Shown here piece by piece: positions 26,261 through 35,340 of a stretch of DNA of 51,464 bases. The notes below the pieces were generated by a model that worked only from the letters and a program-made list of their open reading frames with translations, did no database searches and was not told where the DNA came from. The stretch's first letter is position 1; each line of letters begins with the position of its first letter. This DNA comes from Alphaproteobacteria bacterium (GTDB lineage: Bacteria; Pseudomonadota; Alphaproteobacteria; UBA2136; JAPKEQ01), in the NCBI GenBank assembly GCA_028821995.1, contig JAPKEQ010000002.1, positions 1 through 51,464 of the forward strand. Reading direction: 5' to 3'. A program made the position numbers and the translations under genes.

Positions 26261-26291
26261 AAAAAAGACCGCCTATATAGGCGATCTTTTT
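26261..26291 (-). terminator. palindromic terminator-like hairpin
   Basis: aaaaa-agaccgcctata/tataggcgatct-tttt, with one mismatch in the stem. Confidence 0.6.
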
Positions 26292-26379
26292 AATCTTAAA
26301 TTTTGCTAAATTGCTACGAAAATCACTTTTCAGGAAATATTTTAATTCGCTTAGCAGCGCCGAAAATGGGTTTATGGCC

Positions 26380-26430
26380 AAAAAATAAGAGCGTCATGTA
26401 TTTTATCATACATGACGCTCTTATTTTTTT
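26380..26430 (-). terminator. long perfect hairpin terminator after the aldehyde dehydrogenase gene
   Basis: The 17-bp perfect stem is aataagagcgtcatgta / tacatgacgctcttatt, with an 8-nt loop ttttatca. It is flanked by A- and T-runs and lies 36 nt downstream of the stop at 26466. Confidence 0.85.
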
Positions 26431-26465
26431 GTTATGGGCACATTTACAGGCCCTGATAAGTAGAA

Positions 26466-28013
26466 TTAAATGAATTCTACGCCTTGGGCTAGGGGCAGTT
26501 CTGCACCCCAGTTTAGCGTACAAGTCTGACGACGCATATAAGCTTTCCAAGCATCAGAGCCTGATTCACGTCCGCCGCCTGTTTCTTTCTCACCGCCAAA
26601 GGCACCGCCAATTTCAGCGCCTGATGTACCAATATTTACATTTGCAATGCCACAGTCTGATCCTTTATGAGAAAGGAACCATTCAGCTTTTTGCATGCTG
26701 TTTGTAAAGATTGCGCTTGATAAGCCTTGCGGTACATCATTTTGAATGTGCACAGCTTCTTTAACATCTTTAATTGGTGTGATGTATAGAATTGGCGCAA
26801 AGACTTCTTCTTTCATCATTGGAATTGGCTTTTGGCAAAGCACGATGGCAGGCTTAACAAAGAACCCTTTACCTTCAAGAACATCGCCGCCGCAAATGAC
26901 CTTACCGCCCTGCTCTTTAATTTTAGTAAGCGCATTTTGCATATGATCTACTGAGATACGGTCAATGAGGGGACCCATGAGCGTGTCTTTATCCAAAGGA
27001 TCACCAATATTAATGCTGCCGTAAACTTTAACAAGCTTTTCAACCAGTTCATTTTCAACAGATTCATGCACGAGCACGCGGCGCGTTGTTGTGCAGCGCT
27101 GGCCAGCTGTTCCAACAGCGCCAAAAGCAACGGCACGAAGTGCCATATCCATATCAGCGTCATCCATCACGATCAGCGCGTTGTTACCACCCAGCTCAAG
27201 GATAGATTTACCAAAACGCTCAGCAACTACCTGTGCCACGCTGCGGCCCATACGCGTTGAACCTGTTGCACTTATAAGCTTGAAGCGCTTATCAGCTGCC
27301 ATTTTTTCACCAAGTTTGCTATCTGGGCTAATAATCATGCCCATAACGCCTGGATGGCCTGCTTCTTCAAATACTTTCTGTGCAATTTTCATCATCGCGA
27401 TAGAAATAAGAGGTGTTTTTTCAGATGGCTTCCAAACCATTGTGTTTCCGCAAACAGATGCAACAGCTGCATTCCAAGTAAATACAGCACATGGGAAATT
27501 AAAGGCTGTAATAATACCAATCATACCAAGTGGATGCCACTGCTCATACATGCGGTGCTCAGGGCGCTCCGAGTGCATTGTCTTACCGTACATTTGACGA
27601 GAAAGACCCACTGCAAACTCGCAGATATCAATCGCCTCTTGTACTTCGCCAAGACCTTCTGAGTAAATTTTACCCATTTCAAGAGAGATCAGCTTTCCAA
27701 GGGCATCTTTATGTTCACGAAGTGCATCGCCAAACTTACGAATCACATCGCCGCGAAGCGGTGCTGGCGTCATGCGCCATGTTTCAAATGCTGTTTCAGA
27801 ATCACGTACGATGTTTTCGTAATCATCTTCAGTGGCACACAGAACCTCAGCAAGGCCAGTACCTGTAGATGGATTAATAGATGTAAGCTTTGCGCCAGCT
27901 GGATGTTTATTCCAGTCTTTTCCAAGCGCACCAGAAAGGACTCCAGTCAGGCCTAATTCAGAAAAAATTTCTTCTACTTCAGATCGTTCGATAATAGATG
28001 CAGTATTTGCCAT
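26466..28013 (-). CDS. aldehyde dehydrogenase, ALDH7 (alpha-aminoadipic semialdehyde / piperideine-6-carboxylate dehydrogenase)-like
   Basis: 515 aa. ELGGNNALIVMDDADMDMALRAVAFGAVGTAGQRCTTTRRVLVHES closely parallels the ALDH7/antiquitin active-site region as I recall it. It also contains MVWKPSEKTPL. Confidence 0.85.
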   Translation of the reverse strand: MANTASIIERSEVEEIFSELGLTGVLSGALGKDWNKHPAGAKLTSINPSTGTGLAEVLCATEDDYENIVRDSETAFETWRMTPAPLRGDVIRKFGDALREHKDALGKLISLEMGKIYSEGLGEVQEAIDICEFAVGLSRQMYGKTMHSERPEHRMYEQWHPLGMIGIITAFNFPCAVFTWNAAVASVCGNTMVWKPSEKTPLISIAMMKIAQKVFEEAGHPGVMGMIISPDSKLGEKMAADKRFKLISATGSTRMGRSVAQVVAERFGKSILELGGNNALIVMDDADMDMALRAVAFGAVGTAGQRCTTTRRVLVHESVENELVEKLVKVYGSINIGDPLDKDTLMGPLIDRISVDHMQNALTKIKEQGGKVICGGDVLEGKGFFVKPAIVLCQKPIPMMKEEVFAPILYITPIKDVKEAVHIQNDVPQGLSSAIFTNSMQKAEWFLSHKGSDCGIANVNIGTSGAEIGGAFGGEKETGGGRESGSDAWKAYMRRQTCTLNWGAELPLAQGVEFI

Positions 28014-28113
28014 GCGGGTCTCTCTCCTTATTCTTTTTTAGTAAACTTGCTTAAGCGCTCTTAAAGCAGTAGCATGCTGGCACAAAGATACAGGATCCCA
28101 CAAGGAATAAATC

Positions 28114-28602
28114 ATGAAAAAAAGCATTCTACTCAAAACACGCACTCTCACTATTGCTGGAATCGCGCTCTCTGCGTGTAGTAGCCTTCAGTATCCTGAA
28201 AATCTCCCTGTTACGCCTCAGGCTTCATATGGTATTTGGTCTGTAGATGATTGTAAGATTAACGCGAAGCGCGCGGATATCACTTTAAGCTCTAACGCGA
28301 GACTCAGCGCTGAAACATATCGCGTAAAAATTAAATCTGATGTTCCACTTAAAGGCATTCCACTTGTTCGCCATACAGCCCAGTCGCGTTACGTGCCAGC
28401 TGTAGAAGGCGCAAACAGCACCTTTAGCTTTGACGTACCATTCCACCCTGCTTTGGTTTCAAAAATGAATAGAGACAACAGCTTCCTTGTTGTAACATAT
28501 CGCCCAGAAGGTGAAGGTTCTACTAAAAAGCAGGCTTATTTTGCAACGCACCAACTTGCTGATGCGCTCACAGATTTAAGCCTTAGCCCTTGCGTGAAAT
28601 AA
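28114..28602 (+). CDS. lipoprotein (hypothetical)
   Basis: 162 aa. MKKSILLKTRTLTIAGIALSAC contains a lipobox (LSAC). Confidence 0.65.
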   Translation: MKKSILLKTRTLTIAGIALSACSSLQYPENLPVTPQASYGIWSVDDCKINAKRADITLSSNARLSAETYRVKIKSDVPLKGIPLVRHTAQSRYVPAVEGANSTFSFDVPFHPALVSKMNRDNSFLVVTYRPEGEGSTKKQAYFATHQLADALTDLSLSPCVK

Positions 28603-28984
28603 GGGCAAACATTCCGCCCCACACCACAATATAAGTGAGAATCAGGCAAAGCTCAGTTTTTTGCAAAAGCGCCGTACTATTAAAAAGTGAAAAAAAGCGT
28701 ACATTCAGCCAGTTATGAATCATAAAAATGTGCAATAGCGCTGCAAAAATTGCGCATAACATAAACTGTATCGTGCGCCCATATTTGGGAGGAAGTAAAA
28801 GACCTAACCCACAAACACCACCCCAAAACATTGGGCCATAAAAATTATCAATATTAAGGTCTCTTAAAAGAAAGCCCCAGCCAGAAAGAATTTTACCAAG
28901 GATCCAAAACACAAAAACAGTAAGCGCGCTAGAAACGGCTCCTGTCCCGTAAAGAAAACAAGAACGCATATAAAGATTCATCAT
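28583..28984 (-). CDS. small integral membrane protein (hypothetical, about 4 TM)
   Basis: 133 aa and very hydrophobic. It starts 5 nt after the stop of the upstream NDT-like gene. Confidence 0.55.
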   Translation of the reverse strand: MMNLYMRSCFLYGTGAVSSALTVFVFWILGKILSGWGFLLRDLNIDNFYGPMFWGGVCGLGLLLPPKYGRTIQFMLCAIFAALLHIFMIHNWLNVRFFSLFNSTALLQKTELCLILTYIVVWGGMFALISRKG

Positions 28985-28989
28985 AGGAG

Positions 28990-29451
28990 TTAAGCCTTCA
29001 GCTTGTGTTCTTCAACAAGGCTTGTCAGCCTTGCCATAAGCCCTTCAACGCTTGTAGAAAGAACCATGCCACTAAAAGCACTCAAATGCTCAAGGCCCAA
29101 AAAGCCTTCAGCTGCACCCATAAGTGTTGAACACCCTTTACCAAGTGCATAGCCAATTTCTACGCGAGACGCTTGGTTTGCAAGCCCTTCTCCAAGCCAA
29201 AAAACGCTCACATCAGCACGGTCAATTGCTTGACGTTCCCAGCCGACCTGGTTGGCATGGCTTACAGGATCCATATCAGGATCAGCAAAGCTATCTCTCT
29301 TTGGTGTAATAAAAATAATTTCTTCTGAAGAAAAACGACGGTAAAAATCAAGGCGCCAATCGCGACCTCGACAATTCCCTCCTAAAAAAACACGCAGGCG
29401 TCTATCGCCAGCGGGTAAATTTTCATCTGCTGATACTAGTGTGTATGTCAT
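28990..29451 (-). CDS. nucleoside 2-deoxyribosyltransferase-like protein (paralog B)
   Basis: 153 aa. Contains RVFLGGNCRGRDWRLDF...IFITPKR and DVSVFWLGEGLANQASRVEIGYALGKG. Confidence 0.55.
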   Translation of the reverse strand: MTYTLVSADENLPAGDRRLRVFLGGNCRGRDWRLDFYRRFSSEEIIFITPKRDSFADPDMDPVSHANQVGWERQAIDRADVSVFWLGEGLANQASRVEIGYALGKGCSTLMGAAEGFLGLEHLSAFSGMVLSTSVEGLMARLTSLVEEHKLKA

Positions 29452-29573
29452 ACCTTTTATTATGAAGGCTTACGCAAGAAAACACCATACACTTCCCCCC
29501 TCTTTTTTCTTTCTTTATTCTTTTTAAAGAAGAAGCGTTGCAGAGATGTCAAATTCGGGGCATGATATGCGTC

Positions 29574-30656
29574 ATGGATAATAAAAATTTAAAAACACCC
29601 CTATATGAACACCATATAAAAAGTGGCGCCAAAATGGTGAGTTTTTCTGGTTATGACATGCCTATCCAGTATGAAGGCATCAAAGCAGAGCACCTTCATA
29701 CGCGTGCGTCTTGTGGCGTGTTTGATGTCTCACATATGGGGCAATTTCTTATTAAAGGAAAACGCGCAGCAGAAGAGCTTGGCAAATTAACGCCATATAA
29801 TTTCAGCAAACTTCCTGTTCATAAATGCCGTTATACTGTTTTTTGTACCCCTGAAGGTGGTATCATTGATGATCTTATCGTCACAAAGCTTGCTGATGAT
29901 GCATTTTACCTTGTTGTAAATGGCGCCACACTTGAAGGTGACCGTGAATGGCTATGGAAAAACTTACCCAATGACGTTACTCTTGAAGATATGACAGAAT
30001 TTGGGCTCATTGCCGTCCAAGGGCCTAAAGCTGAAGAAGCTATGCATCTCATCTTTGATGAAATTGAATTTTCAATTTTAAAAAAAATGAATTACGTAGA
30101 CGCTGTATTTGAAGGCCACCCATGCCGAGTTACCCGTACGGGATATACAGGCGAAGATGGCTTTGAAATCAGCATTGCGAATGATATGATTCCTGCCCTA
30201 TGGGAAGACCTTATGGCAAAACCAGACGTTAAACCAATTGGACTTGGTGCACGCGACAGCCTTCGCCTAGAAGTTGGATTTCCTCTTTACGGACACGACA
30301 TGGATCATAACACAACCCCCTTTGAAGCCTCTCTTGGCTGGATTGTTGACAAAACACACGACGGCTACATAGGCTGCGAGCTTATTGAAGGACAAAGGAA
30401 TCAAGGTATTCCAAGAAAACGTGTTGGCCTAACAATTTTGGATAAGGGCATTGCGCGTGAAGGCGCAGTTATCTTTTCTGAAAATGGTGAAGAAATTGGC
30501 AAAGTAACAAGTGGTGGATTCTCTCCAACACTAGACCGTGCAGTTGCAATGGGTTACGTTTCCACGTCTTCCAGCAGTACTGATACGCCTGTACTTATTG
30601 ATGTAAGAGGACGCAAGCTCAAAGCTAAAGTTTCCCCACTTAACCACTTAAAATAA
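29574..30656 (+). CDS. gcvT: glycine cleavage system aminomethyltransferase T
   Basis: The ATG at 29574 gives MDNKNLKTPLYEHHIKSGAKMVSFSGYDMP. It also contains VSHMGQF and TGYTGEDGFEI. Confidence 0.93.
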   Translation: MDNKNLKTPLYEHHIKSGAKMVSFSGYDMPIQYEGIKAEHLHTRASCGVFDVSHMGQFLIKGKRAAEELGKLTPYNFSKLPVHKCRYTVFCTPEGGIIDDLIVTKLADDAFYLVVNGATLEGDREWLWKNLPNDVTLEDMTEFGLIAVQGPKAEEAMHLIFDEIEFSILKKMNYVDAVFEGHPCRVTRTGYTGEDGFEISIANDMIPALWEDLMAKPDVKPIGLGARDSLRLEVGFPLYGHDMDHNTTPFEASLGWIVDKTHDGYIGCELIEGQRNQGIPRKRVGLTILDKGIAREGAVIFSENGEEIGKVTSGGFSPTLDRAVAMGYVSTSSSSTDTPVLIDVRGRKLKAKVSPLNHLK

Positions 30657-30696
30657 ACCCTTTTAAACCACATTTAATTTAATAAGGAGTCAACAA

Positions 30697-31083
30697 ATGG
30701 ATATTCCATCACATTTGAAATACACAGCTGAACATGAATGGCTAGAGATCGAAGGCAATATTGTAACAATTGGTATTACAGATTTTGCGCAGAGCTCTCT
30801 TGGCGATGTTGTTTTTGTAGAACTACCAGAAGAAGGCGCTGAAGTTTCTAAAGGCGACCACTTTGCGGTTGTTGAATCAGTAAAAGCGGCCTCTGAAGTC
30901 TACACGCCTATCAGCGGTAAAGTTGTTGAAATCAACACAGATCTCGTAGACGCTCCAGACATGGTCAACTCAAACCCATTTGGCGATGCTTGGTTTGTAA
31001 AAATCCAAATGAGTGATACTGAAGAACTTGAAGACGCACTCGATGCAAGCGCTTATGAAGCGTACGTTGAAGGCATCCAGTAA
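30697..31083 (+). CDS. gcvH: glycine cleavage system H protein
   Basis: 128 aa. Contains LKYTAEHEWL and the lipoyl-lysine context VVESVKAASEVYTPISG. An AAGGAG SD is present. Confidence 0.95.
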   Translation: MDIPSHLKYTAEHEWLEIEGNIVTIGITDFAQSSLGDVVFVELPEEGAEVSKGDHFAVVESVKAASEVYTPISGKVVEINTDLVDAPDMVNSNPFGDAWFVKIQMSDTEELEDALDASAYEAYVEGIQ

Positions 31084-31110
31084 CAAACAATATATAAGGG
31101 ATAATCATAC

Positions 31111-32436
31111 GTGAGATACCTACCCCATACAGATGAAAGCAGAAAGGATATGCTGCGTGCTATTGGTGCTCAGCATATTGATGAACTTTATACACATGTT
31201 CCCAAAGAGACTCTTATGTCAGAGCCTCTTTCCTCGCTGCCATCCCACATGGGGGAAATGCAGGTTGAGTCACATATTAAAGCTCTTGCAGAGAAAAATA
31301 CGCCAACATCAAAGATGCCATCTTTTCTTGGCGGTGGATGCTACCATCACCACATTCCTGCAAGTGTAGACCACTTGATTCAACGCGGCGAGTTCCTCAC
31401 AACGTATACGCCATACCAGCCAGAAGTCTCTCAAGGGACGCTTACATACGTTTATGAATTTCAAAACTACATTGCACGCCTAACAGGTATGGATATAGCC
31501 AATGCCTCTATGTATGATGGTGCCACAGCAGATACTGAGGCAGCTCTCATGGCAAAGCGCCTCACAAAACGCAATAATGTGATTATATACCCATGCGTTC
31601 ACCCTGACTATATTGATGTACTTAAGAGCTACTCAACTCATAGCAATGGCACGGTTGAGCTTGGCACAGAGCCAGACGAAAACACAGCCTGCGTTATTAT
31701 CCAATCACCAAACTATTACGGCCTGGTTTTTGACCTTAAAGAGCTCCGCGAGAAATGCGATGCTGTTGGCGCTAAACTTGTTGTTGCAGTCAATGAAATC
31801 GTTTCTCTTGGCCTGCTCCCAGCACCAGAAATGGCTGATATTGTTGCCGGCGAAGCGCAAAGTATTGGCGTTCCAATGAGCTTTGGCGGACCTCACCTTG
31901 GTTTTTTTGCCTGCAAAAAAGAATATATGAGACAAATGCCAGGCAGGCTTTGCGGTAAAACTGTGGATGCTGACGGCAAAGAAGGCTTTGTGCTCACGCT
32001 CAACACACGCGAGCAACATATTCGCCGCGATAAGGCCACGTCAAACATTTGCACAAACCAAGGCCTTTGCGCACTTGCGTTTACAATTCACCTTGGCCTC
32101 CTTGGTGAAACAGGCTTCAAAACACTCGCCCAGCTCAATCATACACAGGCCTGCAAACTGGCAGATACCCTGGAGAGCATTGAAGGGGTAACCCTTAAAA
32201 CAGAAACCTTCTTTAATGAAGTGACGGCCTCTTTCCCAATTTCAACAGAGCTTCTAAGCACTGAGCTTTCTAAGCGTAGTATCATTGGCGGAATTCCTGT
32301 TGGGGAAACAAAGCATAGCATGGTGTTCTGTGCAACCGAACTTACAAGCGATGAAGATATTAGCAAACTTAACAATGCCATTGAACATATCTTAAAAGAA
32401 CAAGAGTCAAATGGAGGGCTTTCTCATGCCGTTTGA
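31111..32436 (+). CDS. gcvPA: glycine dehydrogenase (decarboxylating) subunit 1
   Basis: 441 aa with a GTG start. Contains MRYLPHTDE..., FLGGGCYHHHIP and YTPYQPEVSQGTL. Confidence 0.92.
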   Translation: MRYLPHTDESRKDMLRAIGAQHIDELYTHVPKETLMSEPLSSLPSHMGEMQVESHIKALAEKNTPTSKMPSFLGGGCYHHHIPASVDHLIQRGEFLTTYTPYQPEVSQGTLTYVYEFQNYIARLTGMDIANASMYDGATADTEAALMAKRLTKRNNVIIYPCVHPDYIDVLKSYSTHSNGTVELGTEPDENTACVIIQSPNYYGLVFDLKELREKCDAVGAKLVVAVNEIVSLGLLPAPEMADIVAGEAQSIGVPMSFGGPHLGFFACKKEYMRQMPGRLCGKTVDADGKEGFVLTLNTREQHIRRDKATSNICTNQGLCALAFTIHLGLLGETGFKTLAQLNHTQACKLADTLESIEGVTLKTETFFNEVTASFPISTELLSTELSKRSIIGGIPVGETKHSMVFCATELTSDEDISKLNNAIEHILKEQESNGGLSHAV

Positions 32437-33871
32437 AACTGACCTTTTGATTCATCAAAGCGTAAAAGGCCGTTGTGGCGTTGACCTTCCTACCCCAGAG
32501 GTGCGCAACCGCACAGGACAAAACCTGCGCGAAAGTATTGGCTTGCCAGAAGTAAGCGAACCACAAGTTATGCGCCACTACACACGCCTTTCTCATCAAA
32601 ATTACAGCATCGATGAAAACTTTTATCCACTCGGTTCATGCACAATGAAGCATAACCCAAGGCTTAACGAAAAACTTGCCCGCCTTGAAGGCTTTGCACA
32701 CTTGCACCCCCTTCAGAGCGAGGAACATTCTCAAGGGGCACTGGAAGTTATTTATCAACTTACAGACTGGCTGAAAAAACTTTCTGGCATGCCAGGGCTT
32801 ACACTTGACCCTGCGGCAGGCGCCCACGGAGAACTTACTGGCATGATGATGGTGCGCAAAGCCCACGAAGCCAAAGGCAACCCGCGTAAAATTGTTTTGG
32901 TTCCTGATAGTGCACATGGCACAAACCCTGCCACTGCCGCCACATGCAAATACACAATCGTAACCATTAAAACTGGCGATGATGGCATGGTTGATATGGA
33001 TGCTTTTAATGCAGCAGTCAAAGAACATGGCGAAGATATTGCCGCTTTCATGCTAACCAACCCCAGCACTTGCGGCCTATTTGAACCAAATGTAAAAGTG
33101 ATCGCAGATACGCTCCATGACATTGGTGCATATTTTTACTGCGACGGCGCTAACTTTAACGCCATCGTAGGCAAAGTACTACCAGGCGACCTTGGTATTG
33201 ATGTGATGCAGATTAACCTGCATAAAACATTTTCAACGCCCCATGGCGGCGGCGGACCGGGATCTGGCCCTGTTATGGTGAGTGAAGCCCTTGTTCCTTA
33301 TCTCCCTATTCCTTACGTAGAAAAGAAAAAGGACGGCACATTTGCTCTTGTTAAAGAGAATGAGACATCTATTGGGCGCATCAAAGGCTTCCATGGCCAG
33401 TTTGGCATGATGATTCGCGCCCTTGCCTACATGATGAGTCACGGCGCAGACGGCCTACAAAAAGTTGCGGAAGATGCCGTACTAAACGCTAACTATATTC
33501 TACACAACCTCAAAGATGATTTTCATGTACCGTACCCTGGCCCATGCATGCATGAGTGTCTACTCACTCATAAAAAGCAAAAAGAGCACGGCGTGACGAC
33601 CATGAACATTGCCAAAGCACTTCTTGATGCTGGCTACCATCCTATGACGGTTTACTTCCCGCTTGTGGTGGATGGCGCGATGCTGATTGAGCCTACGGAA
33701 ACGGAATCTCGCGAAACAATGGATGGCTTTATTGCAGCCATGAAAACTATTGCGAAGCGCGCGCAGGACGGCGACGCGACTGCGTTCCACGCCCAGCCGC
33801 AAACAACCTTCCGTAAACGCCTTGATGAAACACAGGCTGCACGCAAGCCAGTTCTTGTAGAAGATAAATAA
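32426..33871 (+). CDS. gcvPB: glycine dehydrogenase (decarboxylating) subunit 2
   Basis: The ATG at 32426 is preceded by GGAGGG and overlaps the end of gcvPA. It contains the PLP-lysine context NLHKTFSTPHGGGGPG. Confidence 0.92.
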   Translation: MPFETDLLIHQSVKGRCGVDLPTPEVRNRTGQNLRESIGLPEVSEPQVMRHYTRLSHQNYSIDENFYPLGSCTMKHNPRLNEKLARLEGFAHLHPLQSEEHSQGALEVIYQLTDWLKKLSGMPGLTLDPAAGAHGELTGMMMVRKAHEAKGNPRKIVLVPDSAHGTNPATAATCKYTIVTIKTGDDGMVDMDAFNAAVKEHGEDIAAFMLTNPSTCGLFEPNVKVIADTLHDIGAYFYCDGANFNAIVGKVLPGDLGIDVMQINLHKTFSTPHGGGGPGSGPVMVSEALVPYLPIPYVEKKKDGTFALVKENETSIGRIKGFHGQFGMMIRALAYMMSHGADGLQKVAEDAVLNANYILHNLKDDFHVPYPGPCMHECLLTHKKQKEHGVTTMNIAKALLDAGYHPMTVYFPLVVDGAMLIEPTETESRETMDGFIAAMKTIAKRAQDGDATAFHAQPQTTFRKRLDETQAARKPVLVEDK

Positions 33872-33874
33872 AAG

Positions 33875-33907
33875 CAAAAAAGGCGGGGAAAAATCCCCGC
33901 CTTTTTA
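33875..33907. terminator. bidirectional intrinsic terminator
   Basis: aaaaa-aggcgggga-aaaa-tccccgcct-tttt lies between gcvPB (+) and the FG-GAP lipoprotein gene (-). Confidence 0.9.
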
Positions 33908-33912
33908 TTCGC

Positions 33913-35013
33913 TTATTCAGATGTCGCACAATCCTGATACAGTACCAGCATGACAGCAACGTTGTCCTGTTCTGTGATTTTCACCACATCAGCACACCCA
34001 TCAAAATCCACATCCATGGTATCGACCTTCTTGGCTTTAGCAAGCAGATCAACTTTTGGAAGGGCATTTTCAGAGCGTTTATAGGCCTCATATACGCCGT
34101 CACCTGAAAGGATGTAACGGGTTTTCATGACCTTGCCGCTGGCATAATACAGAACCATATCGCCGATGCCGTCACCGTTATAGTCTTCGGTATCAAAGTT
34201 GCGGATACTCATACCAGAGGTAAAGCCTTCCATGTAAACCTGCTCGTAAGCAAGCTGTCCTTGATCTGCCATATCAGCGCGCAGGCCAACGATGCCATTG
34301 GATGGGTTTTCCTGAGTATAAATGATGCGAACATCAATATCATACCCACTGTCCCAAGCCAAAATCACGTCATCAGTGCCATTGCCGTCCATGTCAGCCC
34401 AGTCCATTTTGAGCACATCATAGATGGACTCTTCATACGGATAGAATACACCTGTTGCCTGATGCATCATCACCGTCATAAAGACATCAAAGTCCTGAAA
34501 ATCATTGGCATTAGATGCCGCCGAAGTGCTCAGGTCATGTGCTGTAAACGTCATATCACCGTTATTGACGGCAATTGCAACGTCAAGCGTGTCATCGCCC
34601 CATTTTTCATTATACTGGGTGAAAACAATATCGGCATAACCGTCACCGTTTGTGTCAGCAGTATCCAGCTTGATAGCCGAAGAGAACCAGGAAAACGTAA
34701 TGGGTAGATTCACCCGTACAGGCGTTTCTTCAAAACCAAGGCGGCCGTCCATGTTCTTGCCAAAGAATACATCCATTTGATAGTCCTGGCCAAACCAGGC
34801 TTCATCATTGACCTGAACCATATCTTCAAAGCCATCGCCGTTAAAGTCAGCAAAGCCGCGTTTTTTGGAGTTACGCAGGCGTTCAGGGCCCATGGGCAGA
34901 ATTTCTGCCATTTGATTGCGAGGCTCATAAGCCTCTTTGTAACCTGCCTCATAGTCAGTGTTGCAGGCAGAAAGGGTCAAGGGCAAAGCGCCCAAGAGAA
35001 GAAATTTACGCAT
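33913..35013 (-). CDS. FG-GAP/VCBS-repeat lipoprotein
   Basis: The ATG at 35013 follows GGAGG. MRKFLLLGALPLTLSAC contains a lipobox. Five Ca-binding-type loops are present: DFNGDGFEDMV, DTNGDGYADIV, DMDGNGTDDVI, DYNGDGIGDMV and DVDFDGCADVV. Confidence 0.8.
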   Translation of the reverse strand: MRKFLLLGALPLTLSACNTDYEAGYKEAYEPRNQMAEILPMGPERLRNSKKRGFADFNGDGFEDMVQVNDEAWFGQDYQMDVFFGKNMDGRLGFEETPVRVNLPITFSWFSSAIKLDTADTNGDGYADIVFTQYNEKWGDDTLDVAIAVNNGDMTFTAHDLSTSAASNANDFQDFDVFMTVMMHQATGVFYPYEESIYDVLKMDWADMDGNGTDDVILAWDSGYDIDVRIIYTQENPSNGIVGLRADMADQGQLAYEQVYMEGFTSGMSIRNFDTEDYNGDGIGDMVLYYASGKVMKTRYILSGDGVYEAYKRSENALPKVDLLAKAKKVDTMDVDFDGCADVVKITEQDNVAVMLVLYQDCATSE

Positions 35014-35106
35014 AAGAACCTCCATGCGAAAGAAAAGAGAAAGAAGTTACATTCGTAACTCTTATATGGGGGTAAACAAGGTGATTTTCAAGGCTTTAAA
35101 AGAAAA

Positions 35107-35340
35107 TTAACCAACTTTTTCAACTTCAAAGAACTGATGGAAGGCTTTGGGTAGCTGAACAACATTATCCGCTTCAAGGCCGTTCACTGATGCTTCAATT
35201 TGATGCTGCGCCTGAAGCTGTGACGGGCGCACAGATTCTTCGCTCTGCGGAAAACGTTTATGCATAGACGTAGACATACGCTCAATAAGGTCGCTCATTG
35301 TTGCTTTTTCAGCAGATGTCATCTTACGAGGCTTGCGCAT
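35107..35340 (-). CDS. hypothetical small protein (77 aa)
   Basis: Track ORF with a basic N-terminus MRKPRKMTSAEK. Its start overlaps the end of an upstream 53-codon ORF. Confidence 0.45.
   Translation of the reverse strand: MRKPRKMTSAEKATMSDLIERMSTSMHKRFPQSEESVRPSQLQAQHQIEASVNGLEADNVVQLPKAFHQFFEVEKVG

Noticed and set aside
29452-29573. Possible glycine riboswitch in the gcvT leader.
   Set aside because: I found no GGAGAG/ACCGAAGG-type conserved cores. The leader is a pyrimidine-rich tract, so a riboswitch is treated as absent pending a covariance-model scan.
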